From assembly GCA_002269645.1 (NCBI GenBank), contig NIVC01000017.1, positions 186,001-250,000 on the forward strand: 64,000 nt of DNA. The letters run 5' to 3'. This stretch comes from Macrostomum lignano (taxonomy: Eukaryota). Of this stretch, positions 12,818-52,111 are shown one piece after another (the first letter of the stretch is position 1; every line of letters begins with the position of its first letter). The notes beneath the pieces are model-generated. The model did no database searches. It was not told the DNA's origin and saw only the letters and a program-made list of their open reading frames with translations. The position numbers and the translations under genes were made by a program.

Positions 12818-13589
12818 ACTGCCGAGTGATTGATTTATGATCCTCGGGTTCCATTTTGACAGCAGCGGGTTGTGTGTGTTTGGTGATCAGATAGACTGGA
12901 TAGCTCACAGCATATATAGGGTGACTATCAAAATGTGTGTTATACTACTTAGCTAGCAAGTAGTACAAGTGAGCTGTCTATTCTCAGTTTGTTAATTAAT
13001 TTACCGACATCTAGTTTGGCAACATCTCTATGACTATAAGTGGCTTTAAAGCAATATTATACTTACTGTGTTTCAATTTTCCAGCTTAGCTACTACTCGC
13101 AAGTAGTGAGTTTTTCACTCGCCCAAGTTTATTATTAAAATTAACTTTCTAACCTGTTATTCAGCTGCAGATATGCTCGTATATTCTACTGTTAGTAAGC
13201 TTGGGAATTTCTGTCTATTGTTGGGATGTAACAGTTGTTTTTTTCCTTTGTAACGCTTGATATCTCCGCCTACACAGACTCTGACTACTGTACTTTTTCT
13301 ACCGCAAAACTATGTTACTCAAACTCATTTCTTGCTTTCGTTGGTCTCAGCTTGCTTGAAGCCAATCAATAATTATCAATTTTTAATTACACAGATATTG
13401 GACAGCAGCAGAAACAGCAAAATGCTATGATTTAGTGCAACTTGTTTCACGTGGGAAATTTTTCACTGAATTTTCCCGGGCCTGTTTGAATTCCCTGAGT
13501 GGATTGAAATTGGCGCTTGGCTGAGCACTTTTGTCTTGTTCCTTAGTTATTTTTATGCCTCTGTTTTTGACGCTGATTTTTGGACGGGT

Positions 13590-14700
13590 GATGAGGCTGA
13601 TTTTGGAGGGGTGATGAGGCTGATTTATGAGGGGTGATGAGGCTGATTTATGAGGGTGATGAGACTGATTTTGGAGGGGTGATTAGGCTGATTTATGAGG
13701 GGTGATGAGGCTGATTTTGGAGGAGTGATGAGGCTGATTTATGAAGGGTGATAAGGCTGATTTTTGGAGGGGTGATGAGGCTGATTTATGAGGGGTGATG
13801 AGGCTGATTTATGAAGGGTGATGAGGCTGATTTTTGGAGGGGTGATGACTGATGAGGCTGATTTATGAGTGGTGATGAGGCTGATTTATGAGGGATGATG
13901 AGGCTGATTTATGAGGGATGATGAGGCTGATTTTTGGAGGGGTGATGACTGATGAGGCTGATTTATGAGTGGTGATGAGGCTGATTTATGAGGGATGATG
14001 AGGCTGATTTATGAGGGGTCTTGAGGCTGATATATCAGGGGTGATGAGGCTGATTTTTGGAGGGGTGATAAGGCTGATTTATGAGGGGTGATGAGGCTGA
14101 TTTATGAGGGATGATGAGGCTGATTTATGAGGGATGATGAGGCTGATTTATGAGGGGTCATGAGGCTGATTTATCAGGGGTGATGAGGCTGATTTTTGGA
14201 GGGGGTAATGAGGCTAATTGTTTGGGGTGATGTAGCCCTGATTTTTAGGGTTGATGAGGCTGATTTTTACGGTTGACCTACAAATGGGTTGATGAAGCTG
14301 ATTTATGAAGGTTAATGAGGGGTGCCGAGTTTCTGAGAGGTGCTGAGGCTGATTTTTAGGGGTGATAAAGCTGATTTTAGGGTTTACGAGGCTGATTTTT
14401 AGGGTTGACCTAAAAGTGGATTGGTGAGGCTGATTTCTGAGAGGTGCTGAGGCTGATTTCTGAGAGGTGCTGAGGCTGATTTTTAAGGGTTATGAGGCTG
14501 ACTGAAAGTTGATAAGGCTGGTTGATTAAGGAGTTTGATGAGGCTTATTGATGAGGGATGATGAGGCCGAATTAGGGGATAGGTGAGGCCGAGTTCGGGG
14601 TGAATGAGGCCGAGTTCGGGGTAGGTGAGGCCGAGTTCGGGGTAGGTGAGGCCGAGTTCGGGGTAGTTGAGGCCGATTTCGGGGTAGGTGGGGCCGAGTT
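13590..14700. repeat. ~23 bp G-rich minisatellite between the convergent CCT7 and anosmin 3' ends
   Basis: Tandem GAGGGGTGATGAGGCTGATTTAT, grading into GGGGTAGGTGAGGCCGAGTTC units near 14600. Confidence 0.9.
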
Positions 14701-15409
14701 TGAGGATACGTCAAAGATGAGGCTGGTGTAGCAGCGCTAACCCTACTACATGCTCGCATGGCAAATCAATAAATCAAATATCAAACCGCGCATTGGCAAT
14801 CATATTGCTTTAGCTCGTAACGCCAAAGTTGCAGAAACGTAGGTGCATTGAAAAAATGTGCATTGTTTGGAGTTAATAGTATATTTAGTATTTTTAATTA
14901 AATAGTGCAGTACACTAACTGCATGTAGAGTTAGAGTTTGTATAGAGTGACGAGAGGATAAGCAACGGATCGCAAGAATTACTATTTTCCATTTTAGCCA
15001 TATTCGCAGTCAAACAACAAAAACATACATGTACTTGTCAAGTCAATGTTACACAGCACTGCTAGATTGTGAGCACGATATTTGAGCCAAGTGGGGTGCC
15101 AAAAAAACATTTTCAGACGCCTCCATCATCGAAACTTGAAAATAAAATCACAGATGTCCAACGGAAGTATAGCGGCTATGGTAGTTTAGGCATGGATACA
15201 GGTGTAGGCTGATCGAGTTCGCTGATTATTGCTGTACATGTGGGTTATGATCCACCTGTTCAAGGGGTGGCGTGACAGTTTTTATTGCCAGTCTAAATGC
15301 CGGGTAGGTTGGTTGCGTGTTTATCAGAAATCAGATATGATTTATGGATTGGCCCAGGCTCGCCAGCTTCCTAGAGAATACCTTACAGTACATGAATCAT
15401 TTTCGAATC

Positions 15410-15830
15410 GTCCCTAAGATGTCATGAGAACTGGCCCTAAGATGTCATGAGAACTGGCCCTAAGATGTCATGAGAACTGGCCCTAAGATGTCATGAGAAT
15501 CGGCCCTAAGATGTCATGAGAATCGGCCCTAAAATGTCATGAGAATCGGCCCTAAGATGTCATGAGAATCGGCCCTAAGATGTCATGAGAATCGGCCCTA
15601 AGATGTCATGAGAATCGGCCCTAAGATGTCATGAGAACTAGCCCTAAGATGTCATGAGAATCGGCCCTAAGATGTCATGAGAATCGGCCCTAAGATGTCA
15701 TGAGAATCGGCCCTAAGATGTCATGAGAATCGGCCCTAAGATGTCATGAGAACTGGCCCTAAGATGTCATGAGAACTGGCCCTAAGATGTCATGAGAACT
15801 GGCCCTAAGATGTCATGAGAATCGGCCCTA
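15410..15830. repeat. 23 bp minisatellite
   Basis: Tandem GGCCCTAAGATGTCATGAGAA(CT/TC). Confidence 0.95.
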
Positions 15831-15997
15831 AAAACGACCTAAAACGACTTCTCTTCGAATTCCCTCTCCAGATTCTGAAGCCTGAGCCAAGTCTCTTTTG
15901 TACAAGCGTATTGACAGTTTCGCATTCAGTGCATGAAGTTTAATTTCTAATGCGGAAGAGTTGATGTCGGGCAGCGGCGGGATGCGCGGTGACGTCT

Positions 15998-41369
<25,372 letters not shown>

Positions 41370-42569
41370 AACTCGCAAGCTGGTGCTGCTTGTTCAATTC
41401 GGCAATAAATTAATAATTAATTTATCGTATTAATAAATGCCTAATTAGATCTTGCCGGCATAGCCTGCAGGAGTCAAGAATGCGCTAACATGAATCGGTA
41501 AACCATTTCAACCAGCAGATGGCAACCCTTGCCGGAATTTCACAGCTCTCTTTTAAAGCGCTGATAAAAATCTAATAACTATTATGCAGGCCAGGGAAGC
41601 TCTCTCATTGGCTGCCCGGGCCAGCCAATCAGATTCGTTCGTCTATTAAATCTGTCCCGGCAAAGTGGGGGTGGGGGAGGGGCTGGGGGACTTCAGGAAA
41701 GGTGCGAACTTTCCAACTTCCAATTTCAGAATCCGCCGTCACCCTGGTGGTGGTTGGGCGGCAACTAGGCACACCGGCACACCCGGAAATGGCGGCTCTC
41801 GCGCTCTCTCTGATTTCTCCGCTAATAGAAGAAGTCAGTCAGTCAGTCAATCGGTCAGAGAAAAGCATCGTAATTTGCTTCAAACGCAATTTTAAAAAAA
41901 TGAGTTTATTAGTTCTAGTTTATGGCAACAATTTTTGGGGAAATATTTTATATGTTCGTAAACGAAATTTACTATTGATTGTAAAAAACTTTTAAATTGT
42001 CCATAATCTTGATTTGGCCTCGCTAATTGTAAACAGAATTTCGAATCGTTTCACGAAACCGAGATCCCGATGAGGGGATTTTTTAACTCGCAGTGGGGAG
42101 CCTGGCAGGCGTTGGAGATTCTGGGAACGAAAGCCCCTCTCATCTAGTAGCCCACTTTATTCCCCTCACCGCCCCCTGTCAATCAGAGAAGAGAGGCCGA
42201 TGAAGGGCGACTCCTTGGGAGGCTGGAGTGGGCGATGGAGGAGCCGGCTGCGTCTCTAAGAGATGGAGAGCGAGATTCTTAGAAATTGAATCCCGACACT
42301 TGGAGAAGCGGCCCTGCTCAGTGGTCGCACCTTGCAGCTCTGCCAAAAAAGTATGGGGCTGGCCGTGCCAGCCACTTCCCGTGCCAGGAGGTCGCAGGGT
42401 GTGAGGCCAGCGAGTGTCCGCTCTGCCCCGGACACAATGGAGAGCAGAGCAGCACCCAGTCTATGGCTGCTCCTGGGCCCCGCGGGGCATAGCCAACTGC
42501 CGTGTGCCTTTAATCCCTTCATAATCCTTTTGTGAGGTGACAGTTAGAGGTCTTTCATCAGTCTCTCTG

Positions 42570-42830
42570 CCTCTCTGTGTCTGTGCCTGTGCCTGTGACT
42601 GTGCCTGTGTCTGCGTCTGTGTCTGTCTGTGTCTGTGTCTGTCTGTGTCTGTGTCTGTCTGTGTCTGTCTGTATCTGTCTGTGTCTGTCTGTGTCTGTGC
42701 CTGTGTCTGTCTGTGTCTGTGTCTGTCTGTGTCTGTCTGTGTCTGTGCCTGTGTCTGTGCCTGTGTCTGTGTCTGTGCCTGTGTCTGTGTCTGTGCCTGT
42801 GCCTGTGTCTGTGTCTGTGCCTGTGTCTTG
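42570..42830. repeat. (CTGTGT)n/(TCTG)n microsatellite
   Basis: Direct reading. Confidence 0.9.
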
Positions 42831-44057
42831 AAAAGCATATAAAGAGCCCATCTCGCTTTCCTTGTCAAATCAAAAGCAAAAAGGCAACAAGAAAAGAAAT
42901 AAGACCGCCTGTCAAAGATGTTTTTGTCAGATATGTAAGCATGTTTAATTATTATTAAAATTAATGTAGCGGAACTTATGCTGCATTGAGTTGAAAGATT
43001 ATAGGCAAAACGGTGAGGTCTTCTTTTTCTTCCGAAAATCTTCTTCCACGCTTCGTCATTCTGCGCAGCGAAACGCCATATCTTCAACACTGTATTTTAT
43101 TGTGTTTTTACCGCATCATTTTACGCACCGAACGTGGGCGGCCGATATTGTTTTGCGCAGTTGAAAAAAAAATTAAAATCAGATATTTCTTCTTTTTTCG
43201 CTAATAGAGGGCAACGATTTTATTTTATTCTATGCGTAACGCGAATTCCTATATTTTTACTTACAGTAGCACAGTTGGAATATGCCGACGAGAATTGTAT
43301 GAAACAGGGCAATGAGTTTATTGAATTGTGTGTGGAAACTGGTGTAATTGAGATGGATGCAACAAATGGAAGGGAAAAAATAGATGAACTGCAGCTTCCA
43401 GTCTCTCCTTCGTCATCATTTTCGTTCTTACAGTCGTTCTGTTCTGTTTGGGCTTCGATTTTGCTCAGCCTATGCTCTCCCTCCATCATCCCCTCGCATT
43501 CCTTTTGACTAGGCTGCTTGCAGAGTCTCGCCTTCCCCATCCAGCCTCTCTTCTCCCTCTTCATCTCTCAGTCTCCCCCTCCTCAGCGGAATCCCAATTC
43601 CACCCCAAGCCTTTTGTTTTACTCTTTGACTTCCCTCCGTCGCCGACACAGCCTGCCCAGCCTCCCGCAGTCTCCATTATCCTTCATCACTCTATCTCTG
43701 TCTCACTCAAAGGCGAAGATAAATACCAGCAGCTCGATGGAATTTGTACAGCCAGGGCTCAGCTCAGCCACTTGGTTGGGATAGTGAGGCATGGAGTGCG
43801 TCTTTGAAGCCCGCAGCTCAGTGACTGAGGGGGAGCTGAGGATTCCTCTGTCACTGAGTGGGGAGGTGGGGCAGGGTTTTGAGGGGGGGGGAGGCTGTTC
43901 CGGTGGAGCGAAAAAAGACCAAAGCCAACCTGAATGCCGGGGAAACAGCGGAGGTGGTAAAATCCCAGAAACAAACGAGGGCGAGGGCGAGGGCGAGGAC
44001 CGGGCTGAAGGCATATAGGCAGATACTGGTAGGAGAGCTCAAACATCTGCTCAGAGG

Positions 44058-45271
<1,214 letters not shown>

Positions 45272-46539
45272 ACAGTTTCTGACAGAGGCTGGCTTCCCAT
45301 AAGGTCATAGAGGCTGGCTTCCGTAAGGTCATTTAAGCTAGTTTCCTTAGGGTCATGATGGCCGGCTTCCGTAAGGGCATACAGCACAGCCGATATTCTA
45401 TGCATGGCTTACAAGCATAAATTAAAATGGTTTCTCTCAAAAAACTTAGCAGCGAATGCTTTGTTATGCGCCAGTATTCTTTCACAATTTCAACTATTAA
45501 TTACCTGTTAGTTTTTGCCACGTATACTATAGTGCCCAAAATTTTCTATCTGAAAATTGAACAAAACAGACGACGAATATCTTGAGGAACACATTTTGGT
45601 GAAATCCGCTTTCCTAAAGAAATTCTTCAATAACTGAACTATTTTATTTAAGAAAACCGAAGCCTCTGTGCACTTGTGTTGCTCCACTTCTTGGGATTTC
45701 CTTGGGGATTCCACGAGGGGTTTCGTGAGGGAGTCCCTGGGCAATTTCCGAGGGAATTCCTTAGGGAATTCCTGGTAGATTTCCTGGGGGAGTTCCTGGG
45801 GATTTCCTTAGGGAATTCCCCAGAGATATCCACAGGGATCTGCTGAAGGATTTTCTAAGGAATTTTCTGAGGGATTCCCTGAAGATTTTCTGGGGGGATT
45901 TCCCTGGGGGATTTTCAGGGGGATTCCCAGAGAGTTTTTTATCTTTGACTTTCTTAACAGACTGTCCCGGGGCATTTCTTTGTTTGTATCAATTAGAGAA
46001 TTTGTTTAAATGCATTGTTCTTCTGTATTCTGGCTAATTTATAACCTTTATAAATATAAATCATAATAATTCAACAGCTCGCATGCTCTACTAATGAGTA
46101 GGATAGCAATACTCTATATTGCGCTAATGATCAAATTATCGTCAGAGAGTTCAAAGTATTTCAGCTTGATTAGTGATACCACAGTGAATAGCTGATAGGC
46201 TGAAGCCATGGTGACAACTGCCGTTGGTGGCGCTCCACAGGTGATTGCTTTATCTATTTGCTCATGTATTTGGCCAGGACTGAGCACTGAGTAACCAACT
46301 TTTTATATTGAAAGAAAGCTGAACTTAAGACTCTCTGCAATTCAGTTTACTCAAGCAAGAGCCAACGCAAAAATGTTTAGAATCATTTAATATTGTTATA
46401 ACAAAAGTCTACAGTATTTTAAATTTACATACTCGCATTCTATCAAACGTAATAGCAAGTATGATGAACACAGGCAAGCTAGAGTACTACTGACCTCGCT
46501 GCTAAATGATAAGGGGTTGGGGAAGCGGCGTCTTTTACA

Positions 46540-47270
46540 GGGATTTAGCACCAGGGGTTTTAGAACTAGGGTTTTAGCACCAGGGTACGCCAGCACCAGG
46601 GGTTTTAGCACCAGGGGTTTTAGAACTAGGGTTTTAGCACCAGGGTACGCCAGCACCAGGAGTTTTAGCACTAGGGTTTTAGCACCAGGGTACGCCAGCA
46701 CCAGGGGTTTTAGCACTAGGGGTTTTAGCACCAGGGGTTTTAGCACCAGGGTACGCCAGCACCAGGGGTTTTAGCACTAGGGGTTTTAGCACCAGGGGTT
46801 TTAGCACTAGGTGTTTTAGCACCAGGGGTTTTAGCACCAGGGTACGCCAGCACCAGGGGTTTTAGCACTAGGGGTTTTAGCACCAGGGGTTTTAGCACCA
46901 GGGTACGCCAGCACCAGGGGTTTTAGCACTAGGGGTTTTAGCACCAGGGGTTTTAGCACCAGGGTACGTCAGCACCAGGGGTTTTAGCACTAGAGGTTTT
47001 AGCACTAGGGGTTTTAGCACCAGGGGTTTTAGCACCAGGGTTTTTAGCACTAGGGGTTTTAGCACTAGGGGTTTTAGCACCCGGGTACGCCAGCACCATG
47101 GGTTTTAGCACCAGGGGTTTTAGCACTAGGGGTTTTAGGGGTTTTAGCACCAGGGGTTTTAGCACTAGGGGTTTTAGCACTAGGGGTTTTAGCACCCGGG
47201 TACGCCAGCACCAGGGGTTTTAGCACTAGGGGTTTTAGCACCAGGGTACGCCAGCACCAGGGGTACCAAC
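46540..47270. repeat. 15/16 bp G-run minisatellite
   Basis: GGGGTTTTAGCAC(C/T)A interspersed with GGGTACGCCAGCACCA. Confidence 0.93.
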
Positions 47271-47417
47271 CAATGCTTTTAGCGGTGAAAATTAACCTCC
47301 AGTCCAGCTTGTATTTTTTCTGTATAAATTACTTTAGCTTTTCGATTTTTAAAGTCCTTGAATTTAGAGTACAATAAGCTACAGTCCTCAATGTTGAGAG
47401 TCACGAGAAGTTCGCCA

Positions 47418-50407
47418 TCACTTAGGCGTGATCTTTGTCAGGCCAGTTTCCGATCCAGTCATGGACTGCAGCATCGCCGGCAGTCGCTCCATGATGTCCA
47501 TGACTTCCCCTGTGATCTTGGCCGCTCCCAGCTCCGCGTTGCGACCGCCGCTGCTCACCATGGTGATCTTCGTGGCGCTGGCCAGCGGCTGCGCCACCTC
47601 GGCCGCGAGCTTCGGCAGCGCCTTGAGCACCAGGTCGAGTCGGGCGGCCTCGCCGTACTCTTTCCATGCATCCGCCTTCTTCGCCATCTGCTCGGCTGTC
47701 GCCTTCGCCCTGGCTTCGATGGCGAAGGCCTCGGCTTCGCCTTTGAGCTGGACGGTCTCGGCGTCGGCCTGAGCCTCCAGGATGATCTTGGAGTTCTCCG
47801 CCTCGGCGATTCGCTCCAGCCGGTAGCGCTCCGCCTCCGCCGGCTTGCGGACGCTGGCGTCCAGCTGACGCTCCCGACGCACAATCTCCAGCTCCTGGAC
47901 GCTGATCTGCTGGGTCCGCTCCACCACTTTGATCTGCATCTCCTCCTCCTTGATCAGCTGGCGAGTTTTGGCCGCCTGCAGCTCGTAGGCCAAGTCCGAC
48001 TCGGCCTTCTTGGCCTGCACTTCCTTGTCGAAGGCGGCCTTCTTGAGCTCGAAGTCGCGCTGCGCCTTGGCGATTTGCACCTCATTCTCGTATCGGGACG
48101 CCATGCGAGTCTGCACGGCGATGGCCTCCTTGATGCCGGACTCCTTCTGAGCCTCAGCCTCGCCGATTCGGGCGTCTCGCTTAACCTGCGCTGTGCGAGC
48201 CAAGCCCAGCGCCTTCAGGTAGCCCTCGTCATCGTTGATGTCCTTCAGGGTGTAGGAGGGGGGGGGCGCAGAATGGCACAGTGATTGGCGTGTCTGACCA
48301 CCGCGCAAATAGGAAGTACAGTGTGTTCTCCCAAACGGATTGGGAAGATTATTGCAAAATTCATTGCGCGAACTGGGTTTCTACCAGCGGCGTCGCCACC
48401 GGGGGACCGGGGGGGGGGCGTCCGCCAGTAAAAGCTAGGGGGGGGGCATACCAATGTTTTATCCCCCCGCCCCACCTTTTGACTCGTTATGTAAATTAAA
48501 TAACTTTGCTTCAGGACGCCAAAATGAGTGTCTGTGGCGCCAAAATGAGTGTCTGCGGCGCCAAAATGAGTGTCTGCGGCGCCTAAATGAGTGTCTGCGG
48601 CGCCAAAATGAGTGTCTGTGGCGCCAAAATGAGTTTTTGCGGCGCCAAAATGAGTGTCTGCAGCGCCAAAATGAGTGTCTGCGGCGCCAAAATGAGTGTC
48701 TGCGGCGCCAAAATGAGTGTCTGCGGCGCCAAAATGATTGTTTTTGGTGCCAAAATGAGTGTCCGCGTCGCCAAAATGAGTGTCTGCGGCGCCAAAATGA
48801 GTGTCTGCGGCGCCAAAATGAGTTTTTGCGGCGCCAAAATGAGTGTCTGCGGCGCCAAAATGAGTTTTTGCGGCGCCAAAATGAGTGTCTGCGGCGCCAA
48901 AATGAGTGTCTGCGGCGCCAAAATGAGTTTTTGCGGCGCCAAAATGAGTGTCTGCGGCGCCAAAATGAGTTTTTGCGGCGCCAAAATGAGTGTCTGCGGC
49001 GCCAAAATGATTGTTTTTGGTGCCAAAATGAGTGTCCGCGTCGCCAAAATGAGTGTCTGCGGCGCCTAAATGAGTGTCTGCGGCGCCTAAATGAGTGTCT
49101 GCGGCGCCTAAATGAGTGTCTGTGGCGCCAAAATGAGTTTTTGCGGCGCCAAAATGGGTGTCTGCAGCGCCAAAATGAGTGTCTGCGGCGCCAAAATGAG
49201 TTTTTGCGGCGCCAAAATGAGTGTCTGCGGCGCCTAAATGAGTGTCTGCGGCGCCAAAATGAGCGTCTGCGGCGCCAAAATGAGTGTCTCCGGCGCCAAA
49301 ATGAGTGTCTGCGGCGCCAAAATGAGTTTTTGCGGCGCCAAAATGAGCGTCTCTGGCGCCAAAATGAGTGTCTGCGGCGCCAAAATGAGTGTCTGCAGCA
49401 CTAAAATGAGTTTTTGCGACGCCAAAATGAGCGTCTCCGGCGCCAAAATGAGTGTCTGCGGCGCCAAAATGAGCGTCTGCGGCGCCAAAATGAGAGCTAA
49501 TATCACCGATTCCCAAAATACTGCAGGAATCGAGTGATGTAGAATTCTTGGCTTTGCCCTCCCACCATAAAATCCATGGCCAACACAAACCCCTGATATC
49601 TACCACAGACAAAATTTTGCTAGAAAAAGTACATTAAAGAGATGGGAAGAATCGGTGCTTTTGCTCCAATTTCCATAGAACGAGAGAACGCTACCTCCTG
49701 ATGCATTCAACGCCACATTCATCTGGCGCTCAGGAGGGTCAACCCTTCAAGACTAAGAATGAACTGTACATGCCGGATGATAAAAAAGCTCCATTGCAAA
49801 CTGATTCAGTCACTCACCTTCAGGGTGTAGGACACCACGCTGATGCCCATGTTCACCAGGTCGGATGAGGCCACTTCAAATACGGCTTTGCTGAACTTCT
49901 TTCTGTCTTTATAGATCTCTTCGACCGTCATGTTGCCCATGATTGCCCGCTGGTGAGCTTCCAGCGTCTCCTTCGCAATCTCCTGGATTTGTTGCTCAGA
50001 TTTTGATAGAAACTGTTCGCAAGCGGCAGCCAGCATGTCTCTGTTTTGACCTTTGATGCGCAGCTGGGCCACCCCGGTGACAGTGATGGGCACTCCCAGC
50101 TGGGTGTAAATCCTGGGCGACTCAATGGTGATGGTCATGGTGTTGAGCATGATCCTCTGCACCTGCTGGATGACCGGGAACACGAATTTGCGCCCGCCAG
50201 GGATGAAAGTTGGCGTAGTATGAAAGCATCCTAGCGACGGTTGTGAAGGGAAGGGATGTAATGTACTCTTCACCAGTGTCTAATTTCATATTGCTCTTAG
50301 TAAACGAACCTCCATACACGTAGAATGATTTCAGTCAGAATTGTTGATGTTTTACCTGAAATGACGAGTGCCTCATTCGGACCGCAGGTATGAAAACCGA
50401 ACACCAT
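47418..50407 (-). CDS. FLOT1: Flotillin-1 (SPFH domain plus flotillin coiled coil), 429 aa
   Basis: Exons 50407-50356, 50230-49818 and 48242-47418 (52+413+825 nt, in frame). [60 protein letters not shown]-rich coil [26 protein letters not shown]. Confidence 0.96.
48505..49500. repeat. 21 bp GGCGCC-core minisatellite in FLOT1 intron 2
   Basis: Tandem GGCGCCAAAATGAGTGTCTGC. Confidence 0.96.
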
Positions 50408-50899
50408 CTTTTTAAATTTTTCTTTATGCTTGTTTGCTTGATGCTACAAAACGACACAATTTTCACACTTGTTTCACAATTTTCACACACTTTTGAATTC
50501 GCGCGTGAACTTATATCAACTTTTAAGCTGGTTTAAAACAAAAACAAAACGAATAGATACTAATATGTTAACGAGTTTAAAAAATGAGAAAACAATATTT
50601 AGGAATTTATAATTATCAATGTCAAATAATAAGTTTTTACACGAGCTAAGAATAATCTTTCAAATTTCTAATTAAATTTTAGCCTTTGAAGTAACGAGTG
50701 TAAAATGTTAAATAAATCCAGTATCTAGAACTTTTCAACGGATATTTTCAAGCTGGAGATATTTTTACTTACTACATTACTTTCAGTAGAAATATTGGAA
50801 GTCTGGCTTTAATTTCCAAATAGCCGTCGTTGCTTCTCCAATGTGTCAGACGTAAGGGTGACATTACTACTGCGATTTCAGCAGTTCGTCCATCACGGC

Positions 50900-51230
50900 A
50901 GCTGTTTGTTTAGCTCAGGGCAATCTTGCAGGGCGGCGTTATTCAAAGCTGTGGTTGAGACCGTCCTGTTGATCAACGCCTAGATCGACTTGGACGATTG
51001 GCCAAACCACTAGAAAAGCAGATTGATGTTCAGTCACCAACGCGGCAACCTAAGTCATTGGCTCCAATCTATTGAAGTGATTCGGCGACTCCAGTTGCAG
51101 GCCACATCATCCACGTCGAGTCGTACGGCATAAAGCTCGTGTAGAAGCGCACTCGGCGATTTTTTTCGACGCCAGGCTTTGGAGTGCTGGCTGGCGCCGT
51201 GTCAACCTGACGTTCGAACGATTCTGTCAG
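50900..51230 (+). mobile_element. Degenerate non-LTR retrotransposon fragment (3' part of RT ORF, RTE-like)
   Basis: Broken frames read LFKAVVETVLLINA*...TWT, then RRLQL-GHIIHVESY and RTRRFF. These resemble the post-RT LY..V.SVLLYG.ETW and RLRW.GHV.R motifs. Stops and frameshifts present. Confidence 0.5.
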
Positions 51231-52111
51231 AGCCGATCGAGGTCTTGAAAAATCTGATGCAGGACTGCTTGAAAAGAATCGGGAACCGGACAACCAGAGG
51301 TAGTAGAGGAACTTTTTCGTCACGGAAATTTGCGGAAATTCCGTCGCTACTCCGTAAGAGTCTCAGGAGAAAATCGCAGCCTTGATTTCGTCTGACACTC
51401 CGCGAGATCAAAAGGTCCTGTTCTGTCCAGCAGGTGTTGCTGGGCACCCTCAACAGTAAATGTCAGCCTAAACATAATTTCCCGCATCCTCATGTGAAAA
51501 ATGACTGGTAAAAATCATACCAAAATGCATGTAGTCCAGAAACTTGATTTTTTCCGAAATTTGAGTTCTAATCTACTTACAGTAGTATTTTGAAAATCTT
51601 AATGCTCGGTAAGCGAGTTCTCGGAGGATTTTCTAGTCTAGTAATAAAATCTAATAAAATCCAGATAAGAGAAGCCAGGAATGCACTGCTTGCTTGCCTC
51701 AGCTGTTTTGAGCTCATGAGCGAGATAAACCGTTTCCAGTATTAAACGGAGATAAATGGCACGCAAAACTGTGTACAAATGTACACTCACACTGTACACG
51801 GTGGGTACGATCGAAGCAAATAAATTCTGCTGGAGTAGCTATATAAGTTCTATTTAAAAAACATTTTCCATTTCTGGAAAATGGAAATAAAAACGTTAAT
51901 CGAACTCGAGTACAAAATCAAGGATGCTTTTATGAGATTAATGAGTTTTTATCAGACCTTACAGAATTATGAAAATCCAAAACCATATTTGGAAACTGCG
52001 GGGATGTGGAAAGACTCCACACTTGATAATCGCACAAAAATTTCACCGAAGTTCGGTGGGACAAAAAACATTCGCAACTGGACAAATTGATTTCAAGAGT
52101 CTGGTGAATGT

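Noticed and set aside
46540-47270. Interstitial telomere (GGGGTTTT)
   Set aside because: G4T4 is always interrupted by AGCACCA/AGCACTA and does not match the TTAGGG expected for most metazoans.
47358-48284. 308-aa plus-strand ORF
   Set aside because: Antisense shadow of the GC-rich FLOT1 exon 3. Similar shadows overlap CCT7, SPAG1, TSEN54 and ICA1.
48245-49612. 455-aa HFGAADT and 316-aa RRQNECL repeat ORFs
   Set aside because: Translations of the 21-bp array in FLOT1 intron 2.
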